DNA of 64,000 nt from Polyangium spumosum (GTDB lineage Bacteria > Myxococcota_A > Polyangia > Polyangiales > Polyangiaceae): positions 32,685-96,684 of the forward strand of contig NZ_WJIE01000009.1 in the NCBI RefSeq assembly GCF_009649845.1. The letters run 5' to 3'. How positions within the stretch are numbered: the first letter of the stretch is position 1; every line of letters begins with the position of its first letter. Shown piece after piece: positions 33,456 to 42,863 of this stretch. The notes beneath the pieces were generated by a model, which worked only from the letters and a program-made list of their open reading frames with translations, was not told where the DNA came from and did not search any database. The translations under genes and the position numbers were made by a program.

Positions 33456-35274
33456 GCCTCGACTTTACACGGATCGAAGCGGGCGCATCCATGGAAGATC
33501 GCCGCTTCGGGCCCTCCCCGAGGCTCTCGGCGCGTTTCTTCCGGGCGATGAGCTCGGCGAGCTCGTCCCGCGTGACGCCGAGCCGCGCCGCCGTCTTGTG
33601 GGCGAGCGAGGTCCTGGCGACCCCGGGCCGGAAGCCGTACGTGGGGCGCTCGTTTTCGTCGAGATCGACCTGCAAGAATTCGAGGTGCGGGACGGGCGGC
33701 TCCTCTTCGAGCCGGCTCGCCAGGGTGAGCAGGTGCGTGGTCAAGAAGACCGGCGATTTCAGCTCCGGAAGGAGCGAGATGACGAGCCGCGCGATCTCCT
33801 CGCCCTCGGAGGGGTTCGTCCCGGAGCAGAGTTCGTCGAGGAGCACGAGCGAGCCAAACGCGAGCTCCTCGAAGAGGCGGCGGATGCGGAGCAGCTCCAT
33901 GCCGAGCTGGCCCTCGGGCTGATCGCTGCGCGCCTCCTCGATGAGCGAGACGAACATGCCCGAGAGCTGCGGCAGGACCGCGCGCTCGGCCGTGACGAAG
34001 AGCCCCGCCTGGCCGAGGAGCTGCGCGAACCCGATCGACTGGAGCAAGCGCGTCTTGCCACCCGAGTTCGGCCCCGTGACGACGACGACGGCGTCGCCGT
34101 GTATGGTGGAGAGGTCCGAGGGGACGGGTTTGCCTTTGCCGGCGAGCAGGAGAGGGTTGTAGAGGCGATCGATCGTGATCCCCGCCTCGCCGGGGGGCGA
34201 GAGCTCGGCGAGGCAAACGGGCAACCCCTTGTCCCGCGCGAGGTCCGCGAGGTCGAGGCCGGCGAGGTAAAACTCCATGTCGCCGAGGAGCTGGACGAGG
34301 AGCGCGACGGGGCGCTCCATGCCGCTGAAGACGTCGTCGAGGAGGCGCTCTCCGACCTCGCCGGGCGTGACACGATACCCACGCAAGAAGAGGCGGATCC
34401 GGGAGAAGAAGCGGGCGATCGCGGAGGTGTGGAGGGGGTTCTGCTGGTTCTCGCGGATGCGGACGATCTGGAAGGTGCGCAAGGTGCCGTCGACGCCGAC
34501 GCGGACGCGGAGGTCGACGGTGCCGAGGTGGCGTTCGTGATCGAGGAGGGCCTCGAGCCGCTGGTAGGCCTCGCTCTCCCGCACGGCGATGCCGAATTCA
34601 CGGATGCGCAGGAGGCCGGAGCTCGCGCCCTCGAAGGCCTCGGCGAGGTCGAGGACGACCTCCTGCACGGTCCGGAGGATCTCGAGGCGCCGGTGGGTGT
34701 CGCCGCCGCGGCGCGAGCCGCCCTCGGAGCAGAAGGCCACGCGGAGGGCGACGAGGCGGCCGTAGACGCGCTCGAAATCACGGCGCATGTCGGCGCTGCT
34801 GGAGAGCTCGGCGAGGATCCGCTGGCGGAACGTGACGACACGGAGGTCCCTCGGCGGCTCGGAGAGGGCGCGGAGGAGGTACGGCAAGCAAGGCGCGACA
34901 GCCCGGCCGCCGACGCGGACCCGAAGCGCGCGGGTGAGGAGGTCCTCGAGGAAGATGTCCCGCTCGAAGTCCTCGCGATCCCACGTCGAGGACGGGAGCG
35001 CGGCGACGGCGAGCACGCGATCGAAGGCGTCCTGGGAGATGCCGAGCGCGAACGCAAACGCGAAGGTCTGGTGGAGCTCGTCGAGGTCGACGCGGACCTG
35101 GGCGTCCGCAGAGAGGAGGTCGGGGACGGGGACGGCGTCGTCCGAGGTGCCGGGAGCCTTCGAGGTCGTCACGAGGGAGAGGGATGGTACCTCGGACAGG
35201 CTCGGAGGATCGACGTTGTCACGAAAAGCGTCCCCCGCCCGATGATCCCCCCGAAGCGCCATGACCATGCCCAT
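33382..35274 (-). CDS. MutS-family ATPase (domain V / MutS2-like core, no Smr domain)
   Basis: Walker A VVVTGPNSGGKTRLLQSIG, Walker B LVLLDELCSGTNPSEGE, and the ABC-like MutS signature TTHLLTL. The ATG cluster MGMVMAL at 35262-35274 was chosen. The upstream 140-aa extension of the listed ORF is low-complexity and rejected. Its 3' end overlaps the MVP start by about 70 nt, and the C-terminal tail codon usage is poor, so the exact end is uncertain. Confidence 0.7.
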   Translation of the reverse strand: MGMVMALRGDHRAGDAFRDNVDPPSLSEVPSLSLVTTSKAPGTSDDAVPVPDLLSADAQVRVDLDELHQTFAFAFALGISQDAFDRVLAVAALPSSTWDREDFERDIFLEDLLTRALRVRVGGRAVAPCLPYLLRALSEPPRDLRVVTFRQRILAELSSSADMRRDFERVYGRLVALRVAFCSEGGSRRGGDTHRRLEILRTVQEVVLDLAEAFEGASSGLLRIREFGIAVRESEAYQRLEALLDHERHLGTVDLRVRVGVDGTLRTFQIVRIRENQQNPLHTSAIARFFSRIRLFLRGYRVTPGEVGERLLDDVFSGMERPVALLVQLLGDMEFYLAGLDLADLARDKGLPVCLAELSPPGEAGITIDRLYNPLLLAGKGKPVPSDLSTIHGDAVVVVTGPNSGGKTRLLQSIGFAQLLGQAGLFVTAERAVLPQLSGMFVSLIEEARSDQPEGQLGMELLRIRRLFEELAFGSLVLLDELCSGTNPSEGEEIARLVISLLPELKSPVFLTTHLLTLASRLEEEPPVPHLEFLQVDLDENERPTYGFRPGVARTSLAHKTAARLGVTRDELAELIARKKRAESLGEGPKRRSSMDAPASIRVKSRHGEDQPKNPRHRAAIPLGSRRRQR

Positions 35275-36079
35275 CACCTCCGTGCGGATCCTTGGAACCC
35301 TCGTGCTCGTTTTGTTCCCGGCTTGTGTGGGATCTGGAGGGGGGGCGGGCCGGGATCCGGATCGGAGTGGGAGCAGATCCTCTGCAGTTTCCCAACGTGG
35401 GGGGCTCCAGTCGGCCCTGAGCCGATTTTCCGCTGCGCGGAAAATCGTCGGGCCTTCCTCTGCCCCCCACCCCCCCCGCGCGCTCGCCTCCACTTCGCTG
35501 CGCTCCGTTTCGGCTCCCGCCTCCACCGGGGACGTTGGTGCTGCTGGTTCTTCAGGACGCATGCCGGATGAACCCAGATGGCCGGTGGGGGGGAGGTCGG
35601 GCAGGCTGCCGAGCGGGTTGTTCAATCCGATGCCGGAGGGGGTGGTCGCCGGGTACAGGGCCGACACGGGGCTCGACGTGATGGGGATCAAGAAACCGGT
35701 GTATGCGGTGGCTTCGGGGTGGGTCGATTACGCGGAGGCGGGGCACACGCTCTGGACCGGGCCGCGCGATACGCCTTATTGCGTGCGGATCGAGCTCGAG
35801 GCGCCGATCCCGTACGGGGAGCGCGAGATCACGCACATCTATTACGCGCACCTCTCCGAGCTCGCCCACGTGCAGCCCGAGGGGACGACGCCGCGGATGC
35901 GGATCGAGGGCGGTGACCGGATCGGGACGTCCGGCGTGGCGAACGGGAGCTGGCACCTGCACCTCGGCTTCTTGCTGGACGGCGAGGTGGAGCAGTCCTG
36001 GGGGACGTTCCTCCTCGAGGACGAGATCCGGGAGGTGATGGGCGATTATCGAAAAGGGGCGCGATTGCCGGCGCAGTGA
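35261..36079 (+). CDS. M23 (LytM-like) peptidase-family protein
   Basis: Motifs HIYYAHLSEL and GSWHLHLGF are the M23 HxH zinc motif. Possible signal peptide MTMPITSVRILGTLVLVLFPAC if the start is 35261. However the first about 100 codons have weak GC3 bias, so the alternative ATG at 35561 (no signal peptide) is possible. Confidence 0.55.
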   Translation: MTMPITSVRILGTLVLVLFPACVGSGGGAGRDPDRSGSRSSAVSQRGGLQSALSRFSAARKIVGPSSAPHPPRALASTSLRSVSAPASTGDVGAAGSSGRMPDEPRWPVGGRSGRLPSGLFNPMPEGVVAGYRADTGLDVMGIKKPVYAVASGWVDYAEAGHTLWTGPRDTPYCVRIELEAPIPYGEREITHIYYAHLSELAHVQPEGTTPRMRIEGGDRIGTSGVANGSWHLHLGFLLDGEVEQSWGTFLLEDEIREVMGDYRKGARLPAQ

Positions 36080-36084
36080 AGGAC

Positions 36085-37182
36085 CTAGCGCACGCGGCCG
36101 CGCGCCTCGATCGGCCAGACCTCGATCAGCTTGTCGGCCTCGACCACGTAAAAATGGTCGTGCAGGTGGATCGTCGTGTCGCAGTGGCTCGGCACGAGCA
36201 GGACCTTGTCGCCGACCCGGAGGTCGCTCCCCGCGTCGCCGAGCTCGAGCCGCCCGTGCTCGTCCCCCGCGAACGAGTACCGCGCCCCCTCGACGCCACG
36301 CACACGCGGCGCGCCGCTGTCCGAGGAGAGCGCCTTCAGGCCCGCGTCGACGATGACGTCCGTCGTCCGCGTCCGGCTCACCACGCTCGTCAGGACGAAC
36401 AGCGCCTGCTCGAAACCCACGCCCTGCACCGTGCCGTAATGGTCGTCCATCACCACGTAGGAGCCCGGCTGGATCTCCGTGACGCCCGTGGCGTCGAGGG
36501 CAAACGTCGACGTGCCCGTGCCACCCGTCGAGACGATGTCGACCGAGAGCCCCGCGCCGCGCAGGAGCGCCGCCGTGTCCGTGAGCCTCTGCATGGAGGC
36601 ACGAAAGCGCAATTCGCGCTCGTCCCGGCTCTGCACGTGCTGCAAATGCCCCTCGTACCCCTGGAGCCCGACGAACACGAGGCCCGGCATCGACGCGACC
36701 TGCCGCGCGAGCGCGAGCGCGGGCTCGCCCGGCAGCACGCCCGTGCGCCGCTGCCCCACGTCCACGTCGACGAGCGTCGGGATCTTCTGCCCCGCCCGCG
36801 CCGCCGCGTCGGAGATCGCACGCGCCGCGCTCGCGTCGTCCACCACCGTGAGGACCATGCCGTGCCGCGAGAGCGCGACGAGCCGCTCGATCTTCGTGCG
36901 CCCCACGATCGGCGTCGACACGAGCACCTCGGGGATGCCCGCGCGGATCATCACCTCGGCCTCGCCGAGCTTCGCCGCCGTCACGCCGATCGCGCCCGCC
37001 GCCATCTGCTTGTGCGCGAGGATCGGGCACTTGTGCGTCTTCACGTGGGGGCGCAGGCGCACCGAGCCATGAATGAGCCGATCGGCCATCGCGCGGATGT
37101 TCCGCTCGGCCGCCGCGATGTCCAGGATCAGCGCGGGCGTGTCGATCTCCCCGATCGATTGGCCCCTCGTCCACTCGAGCAT
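36085..37182 (-). CDS. DSD1/alanine-racemase-N-domain family PLP-dependent enzyme (D-serine dehydratase / D-threonine aldolase-like)
   Basis: PLP-lysine motif LRPHVKTHKCP, and the fold pattern of alanine racemase N- and C-terminal domains (C-terminal HCDTTIHLHD). Confidence 0.85.
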   Translation of the reverse strand: MLEWTRGQSIGEIDTPALILDIAAAERNIRAMADRLIHGSVRLRPHVKTHKCPILAHKQMAAGAIGVTAAKLGEAEVMIRAGIPEVLVSTPIVGRTKIERLVALSRHGMVLTVVDDASAARAISDAAARAGQKIPTLVDVDVGQRRTGVLPGEPALALARQVASMPGLVFVGLQGYEGHLQHVQSRDERELRFRASMQRLTDTAALLRGAGLSVDIVSTGGTGTSTFALDATGVTEIQPGSYVVMDDHYGTVQGVGFEQALFVLTSVVSRTRTTDVIVDAGLKALSSDSGAPRVRGVEGARYSFAGDEHGRLELGDAGSDLRVGDKVLLVPSHCDTTIHLHDHFYVVEADKLIEVWPIEARGRVR

Positions 37183-37222
37183 GTTCGTCCGGTCCTTCCT
37201 TGGTGCCGCGCCAAAGGCCGAG

Positions 37223-40200
37223 CTACGCGCCCATGTGCGCCGCGAGATCGAGCGTGCGCCGGTGCTCGGGGACGAGCTCGACGAAGCTCCGCCGATGTGC
37301 GGGCCGCGTCAGCAGGGAGGCGCGCTCCTCGATGCGCCGCTTCGCGATGGAGAGCGCGCGCCGCGCGCCCTCGGTGTCGCCCGTCGCCGCCAGGGACTCG
37401 GCGAACGCGAGCCGCACGAGCCCCTCGCCCTCCTCGACCGCGCCGCCGCGTGAAGCGAGCGCGCTGATCGCCCTCTCGGCCATGGAGAGGGCCTCCGCCG
37501 CGCGTCCGCGCATGAGCTCGACCATCGCGAGCACACCCACGGCATACGCCCCGAGGGGCAAACCCTCGAGCGCGTCCGCCGCCGCGCGCGCCTCGGCGTC
37601 CGCGATGTCGAGCTTGCGCGCGTAGAGCGCGGCGATCGCGAGGTAGATCCGCGCCCCGGCCTCGAGCCTGCGGTCGCGCTGGAGGATCGCCTCGCGGATG
37701 CCGCGGGAGAGCAGCGTCTGGGCCTCGTCGAGCCGGCCCGTGTGCGCCAGGGAGAAGCCGAGGTTCTGCTGGGCCGCGCTCACGATCTGCGAGAGCCCCT
37801 GCGCAGCGCCGGCCTCGAGCGCGGCCCGCGAGGCGAACTCGGCCTCGACGTAGGCGCCGATCGCGTTGAGCACCGCGCCCTGGTTGCTCCGGTGCAGCGC
37901 GACGCTGCGCAGGTCGCCGATCTCGGTGAAGGCCTGGATCACCTTCTCGATGGCGGAGACCGCGCCGGCCGCGTCGCCCATCGTGTGCGCCCGGAGCGCG
38001 TCGGCCTCGTGCAGACGCGCGCGCGTCAGCGGATCACGTAGCGCCTCCTCGTGCGCCGCCGCGCGCTCGTGCAGCGACTCGGCGAGCTCGTGCCGCCCGA
38101 GCACGTAAAACGCCGACGCGACGCGCGCGCAGGCCGCGAGCTGCGTCGGCCTCGGCGCGCTCCGCGGCGCGGAGACGATCTCGGAGAGCGCCGCGGCCAC
38201 GATCTCGAGCGTGCCTGGATCTCCGAGCTTCGTGGCGCACGAGGAGATCTCGCTCGCGGCCGCGCACCATGCGTCGGTGCCGCGCGGGAGGACGGCGAGC
38301 GCTCGATCCGCCTGGCGTTTGGCCTCGACGTTCTCGCCGCGCCATCGGTGCGCCTCGGCCTGGATGACGAGCAAGCGGCCGAGGCTGTCGCCGCGCGCGC
38401 CACACGCGATCCCGCGCTCCGCCGAGGAGAGGGCCTTGCCGAGATCACCGCCGAGCCGCGCTTGCTCGGCCGCGCGCGAGAAGTGAACGATCGCCTCGTC
38501 GAGCAGGCCCGCGCGGAAGAGGTGCTCGGCGAGGCGCGTCGGATCGGGCTCGCCGGCCGCGACGAGCCTGCGCGCCGCGAGCTTGTGCCCGAGCACGCGG
38601 TCCTCGTCCGTGAGCATCGCGTACGCCGCCTCGCGCACGTAGGCGTGCCGGAACGAGTACATCTCCACGTGGTTGTCGTGCCGCGTGAGGCTCACCTCGC
38701 GGAGCTCGAGGACCTCACGCGCGCAGAGCTCGGCGAGCCGGGCGCCCACGTCGCGCGTCTCGTCGCCGAGCAGCGCCGAGACGTCCGCCTCGCTGAACAC
38801 GTCGCCGTACACGCTCGCCGCGCGCAGCGCCCGCCGCGCGCGGGGATCGAGCTCCTCGAGCATGCCCTGCACCATCGCGATCACACTCTCGGGCAGGGCA
38901 CGGTCCCGGCCTTGCGCTGCCGCGCGCACGAGCTCTTCCAGGAAAAACGCGTTGCCCCCGGCGCGCTCCACGATCTGCGTGATCACGTTGCTCTTCGCGC
39001 GCGGCCCGAGCGCCGCGCGCGCGAGCCTTTGGCTGTCTCCATCCGCGAGCGGCGCGAGCGAGATCGTGAGCGGCGCGCGTGCGGCCCAGAGGTCGGGGAA
39101 CGTGCGCGCGAGCTCCGGCCTGCCGAGCGCGAGCACCACGAGCGGCGCGTGTTGCGCGAGCGCCGCGTCGACGAGGTTCAAGCTGGGCAGGTCGCCGAAA
39201 TGCAGGTCCTCGAGCACGAGCAGGAGCGGGTGGGCGCGGCACTCGGCGACGACGAGCTCCTCGAACGAGCGGCGGATGCGGTCGCCCATCAAGGTCGCGT
39301 TGCGTCGCGCGGCGGCGAGCCCCGGGCGGCCCTCGCCCTCGAAGGGCAAACCCGAGAGCTCGGCCAAAAACTCCGCGACCGACGCGGCGCGGATCGGGTC
39401 GAGGTGACGGCCGACGCGGGCCCGGAGCTTGCGCCGCGCGACCTCGAGAGGCTCGCCCGTGGTCACGTTCGCCGCCCTGCGCAGCGCCCGCGCGAGCAGG
39501 CCGAACGACGAGCCCGCGGCGATCGGATCTCCCTGGCCGATCCACACCTCCGCCGGCCGCCCGCGCTCGCCGAGCCAGCGCAAGAGCTCGTGTCGGAGGC
39601 GGGATTTGCCGATGCCCGCCTCGCCCGTGACGATCACCGCACGCGGCGCGCGCTCGCGCTCGGCCTCTTCGAAGAGGCGCTGGATCGTGGCGAGCTCCAT
39701 GTCGCGACCGACACACGGCGTGGGCCTGCCGAGCAGCGTCCGCGCGGGCTCGCCGACGTCGCGCTCGCCGAGCAGGAAGAGGCCCCGCTCGTCGCCGCTC
39801 ACGTCGAAGCGCGCGCCGAGCAGGCCCGCGGTCACGTCGTCGACCGCGATCGCGTCGCGCGGCGCGCGCGAGAGCATGGGCAAGAAGGGCTCGATCGTCG
39901 CCGAGGCCGGCGCCTCGCCCGCGCTCTCCGCCGCGACGATCGCCGTGCGCTCGCCGTCGACACGATCGGCGAACGTGAGCGCGCATTTCGCGGCGCGCGA
40001 GGCCTCGTCCGTCGCCGCGCCCGATCCGTGGAAGCTCACGAGCAGGTGCCCGTCGAGCAGCACGTCGACGGCGCCGCCGAGCCCCGCGGCGACCTCCTCG
40101 AGCGCCGATGTGCCCGCGGCGAGCGCCTCCGGCCCCTCCGGCAGCTCCACGACCAGCACGCAGCGCACGCGCCGCTCCTCGCCGCCGAGCGCTCCACCTG

Positions 40201-41056
40201 GCAGCGAGACCGCCTCGACCGTGGTCTCGTCGAGCTCTCCTTCGAGCGCCGCTTCGAGCTCGCGCGCGAGCGCCGCTGCGCTGTCGGGTCGCTCCTCGGG
40301 CGCGCGCGCGAGCATCCGCGCGAGCAGCGCCTCGAGCCACGGCGGTGCGTCGGGGCGCAACGTGCGCAGGCGCGGCGCGTCTTCGACCACGACCCGCACG
40401 AGGTACGCGAGCGAGTCTCCGCCCTCGAAGAGGCGCTTGCCCGTGAGCGCGTGGAGCAGCAGGCAGCCGAGGGCGAACACGTCCGCGCGCGCGTCGAGGT
40501 TCTGCGCGCCGCGCGCCTGCTCCGGAGCCATGTACCCCATCGAGCCGAGCAGCACGCCCTTCTGCGTGAGCTCCTTCGAGGCGCCCCCGAGGCGCGCGAT
40601 GCCGAAGTCGATGATCTTCGGCCGCTCGAGATCCCCGTCGAGCAGGATCACGTTGCCGGGCTTCAGATCGCGGTGGACGATCCCTCGCTCGTGCGCGACC
40701 GCGAGCGCCTCCGCGAGGCGACGGAGCAGCCGCACGGCGCCGTCGATGGGCAAGGTTTGTCGCTGGATCAGCCGGTCGAGGCTCTTGCCCGAGGCCCACT
40801 CCATCGCGATGTAGGGCAAGCTGCCGTCGCGACCGTGCGCGACATAACGCACGATGCCTGGATGCACGAGCGCGGCCATGATCTCGGCCTCGCGTTCGAA
40901 GCGCTCGACGTTCGCGGCTTCTTCTTCGAGCAGGACCTTGATCGCGACGATCTCGCCGGTCGTGTGGTCCTTCGCGCGAAACACGCGGGCCATGCCGCCT
41001 TGGCCGACGACACCTTCGACGACGAAACGTCCGTCGACAACCTGGCCCGGGAGCAT
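37223..41056 (-). CDS. Ser/Thr protein kinase-STAND NTPase-TPR protein (third paralog)
   Basis: Motifs GQGGMARVFRA, HRDLKPGNV, DFG, P-loop GEAGIGKSRL and Walker B LLLVLEDLHFGD. ATG MLPGQVVDGRF at 41056; the listed ORF starts 7 codons earlier on TTG. Confidence 0.9.
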   Translation of the reverse strand: MLPGQVVDGRFVVEGVVGQGGMARVFRAKDHTTGEIVAIKVLLEEEAANVERFEREAEIMAALVHPGIVRYVAHGRDGSLPYIAMEWASGKSLDRLIQRQTLPIDGAVRLLRRLAEALAVAHERGIVHRDLKPGNVILLDGDLERPKIIDFGIARLGGASKELTQKGVLLGSMGYMAPEQARGAQNLDARADVFALGCLLLHALTGKRLFEGGDSLAYLVRVVVEDAPRLRTLRPDAPPWLEALLARMLARAPEERPDSAAALARELEAALEGELDETTVEAVSLPGGALGGEERRVRCVLVVELPEGPEALAAGTSALEEVAAGLGGAVDVLLDGHLLVSFHGSGAATDEASRAAKCALTFADRVDGERTAIVAAESAGEAPASATIEPFLPMLSRAPRDAIAVDDVTAGLLGARFDVSGDERGLFLLGERDVGEPARTLLGRPTPCVGRDMELATIQRLFEEAERERAPRAVIVTGEAGIGKSRLRHELLRWLGERGRPAEVWIGQGDPIAAGSSFGLLARALRRAANVTTGEPLEVARRKLRARVGRHLDPIRAASVAEFLAELSGLPFEGEGRPGLAAARRNATLMGDRIRRSFEELVVAECRAHPLLLVLEDLHFGDLPSLNLVDAALAQHAPLVVLALGRPELARTFPDLWAARAPLTISLAPLADGDSQRLARAALGPRAKSNVITQIVERAGGNAFFLEELVRAAAQGRDRALPESVIAMVQGMLEELDPRARRALRAASVYGDVFSEADVSALLGDETRDVGARLAELCAREVLELREVSLTRHDNHVEMYSFRHAYVREAAYAMLTDEDRVLGHKLAARRLVAAGEPDPTRLAEHLFRAGLLDEAIVHFSRAAEQARLGGDLGKALSSAERGIACGARGDSLGRLLVIQAEAHRWRGENVEAKRQADRALAVLPRGTDAWCAAASEISSCATKLGDPGTLEIVAAALSEIVSAPRSAPRPTQLAACARVASAFYVLGRHELAESLHERAAAHEEALRDPLTRARLHEADALRAHTMGDAAGAVSAIEKVIQAFTEIGDLRSVALHRSNQGAVLNAIGAYVEAEFASRAALEAGAAQGLSQIVSAAQQNLGFSLAHTGRLDEAQTLLSRGIREAILQRDRRLEAGARIYLAIAALYARKLDIADAEARAAADALEGLPLGAYAVGVLAMVELMRGRAAEALSMAERAISALASRGGAVEEGEGLVRLAFAESLAATGDTEGARRALSIAKRRIEERASLLTRPAHRRSFVELVPEHRRTLDLAAHMGA

Positions 41057-41185
41057 GGGCGGCAAGTATCCGCGCAAAGTTCGGCCGGGTCCATCCCCAC
41101 GAAAGGGGCGGCCGTCCGATGCGGGCGTCGAATTCTTGCGGGGAGGTCGGGGGAGGCGGAGGGGAGGGGAGTCTGTCCTGTAAAA

Positions 41186-42688
41186 CTACGGGGCGGCCGG
41201 CGGCGAGACGTGGACGCCGCAGCGGTAGAACGTGCTCGTGACGTTCGGGTCCTGCGAGGCCGCCTCGACCTTGAGCTTCAGCGAGGTGACGCCGGCCGGG
41301 ATGTTCGCGTCCTGGATGAAGAGGTCGTTCTGCGCGGTCTCCGTGGACACGCCGCCGGCGATCGGCATGTCGTTCGCGCCGAGCACCGAGACCTTGAGGC
41401 CACGCAGGCCCGAGCCGGAGCGATGGCCGCCGCAGGCGACGCTGACCGTGGCCGCGCCGGAGGGCACGTCGACGGAGAAGTAATCGATGTCCATCGGGGC
41501 CATGTCGATGTCGCCGTCGACGAAGTAGCTCGTCGTCGTGCCGTTCGGCGTGGGCTTGAGGGCCTCGGGCATGGCGACGTCGTCGTTCACGGCCGCCTCG
41601 AGCGGGTTCGAGCCGGTGCCGATGTGGTTCACGAAATAGAAATCGTTCGCCCCGGCCGCCGTGCCCGCCGCGCGCGTCATGAAGAACAGGTAATCGGTCC
41701 CGAGCTGGCAAGGCACGGCGATCTGCGAGGGCGTCTGGCCCAGCGTGACGTCGATCTCCGCGAGCTTCGTCAGGGGATCGGCCGCCGTGGTCACGTAGGC
41801 GATGAGGCCCGTGGTGGCCGTCGAGCCGCTGCCATTCTCGCCACCCGGATAGAAGTCGAAGTTGCAGACGGGGCGATCGCCCATCACCATCACGGCGTCC
41901 GCCGGGACGTTGAAGCTCCAGATGTCGACGTCCGTCGCGCTCGAGAAGCCGCCCCACTGGAGCGAGATGAAATAGTTCCCGCTGTCCGGGTTCTTCGCAT
42001 ACTCGATGGGCGTGCCCTCGGCCGCCGTGTCGTTCGGCTCCTTCTCGTCCGCGATGCTCTCGGCCGACGGGTCGATCACGCCCGCGCCGATCGCGTAGTC
42101 GTACGTCGTGATGTCGGCCGAGGGCGCGCAGCCCGGCGCGCCGCCCACCCACACGTTGCATTCGGTGACCCGCATGCAGTACTCGTCGTCCTGCGACGCG
42201 GGGAGGATGGTATAAAGCGAGCTGTCATTGCTCGAACGCGGGAACGGATCGTCGTTCTCGGCGATCTGCACCCATTGCCCGCCTTCCTTCTTGTACACCG
42301 TGAGGACGAGGTCCGGGTACGTGTTGTCGAACTCGTCCTGCGGGGGCTTCGCGTCCGTCGAGATCAGAATGGCCTGCCCGGCCATGCCCTTGAACTTGTA
42401 GAAGTCCTCGTCGGTGTCGATCGGATCGAGCGTGTCCTGCAAACCGGGATCGTCGAGGAAGAGCTCTGCCGCGGTGTCGCAACTCACGTTGTCATCGCCG
42501 GGGGTCATGCCGCCCGAGCCCGATTGCGCGACGGAGCTCGAGCTCGAGCTCGACTGCGAAGCGCCGCCGCCGCCGCCGCTGCCGCCGCTGCCGGGGGGGG
42601 TCGTCGCGCCATCACTGCAGCCCGCGCCGGCCGCGAGCAGGCAGGCCCCGGAAGAAATGACGAGCCCAAGCAAAACGTTTCTACGCAT
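41186..42688 (-). CDS. secreted lipoprotein, Ser/Gly-rich linker + beta-rich domain (unknown function)
   Basis: MRRNVLLGLVISSGACLLAAGAGC (lipobox). GGSGG/SSSS linker. The body is rich in D, N, T and G with repeated EPNDT(A) elements. Internal ATG at 42688; the listed 80-aa N-terminal extension was rejected. Confidence 0.7.
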   Translation of the reverse strand: MRRNVLLGLVISSGACLLAAGAGCSDGATTPPGSGGSGGGGGASQSSSSSSSVAQSGSGGMTPGDDNVSCDTAAELFLDDPGLQDTLDPIDTDEDFYKFKGMAGQAILISTDAKPPQDEFDNTYPDLVLTVYKKEGGQWVQIAENDDPFPRSSNDSSLYTILPASQDDEYCMRVTECNVWVGGAPGCAPSADITTYDYAIGAGVIDPSAESIADEKEPNDTAAEGTPIEYAKNPDSGNYFISLQWGGFSSATDVDIWSFNVPADAVMVMGDRPVCNFDFYPGGENGSGSTATTGLIAYVTTAADPLTKLAEIDVTLGQTPSQIAVPCQLGTDYLFFMTRAAGTAAGANDFYFVNHIGTGSNPLEAAVNDDVAMPEALKPTPNGTTTSYFVDGDIDMAPMDIDYFSVDVPSGAATVSVACGGHRSGSGLRGLKVSVLGANDMPIAGGVSTETAQNDLFIQDANIPAGVTSLKLKVEAASQDPNVTSTFYRCGVHVSPPAAP

Positions 42689-42863
42689 GAGACCTCCACG
42701 AAAGATGCAGGGCGCGCGGGCGTTCGCCGCGACGCGCCAAGGACCGAAGAAGCAAAGATTCTTACAGCCCTCGGCCGGCCTCATCAAGGGCGAAAAACCG
42801 CTTGTGTTCGTGGAGCTCCGCTCGGGGTTCGATTTTCCGAGCGGAGGCGGGACCGATAGTTTT

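Noticed and set aside
35280-35560. Treating both the 140-aa N-terminal extension of the MutS-like ORF and the full signal-peptide region of the M23 gene as coding
   Set aside because: Both frames show weak GC3 bias and low-complexity translation over this stretch. At most one is coding, and possibly neither is (a divergent promoter region). This is flagged in the findings instead.
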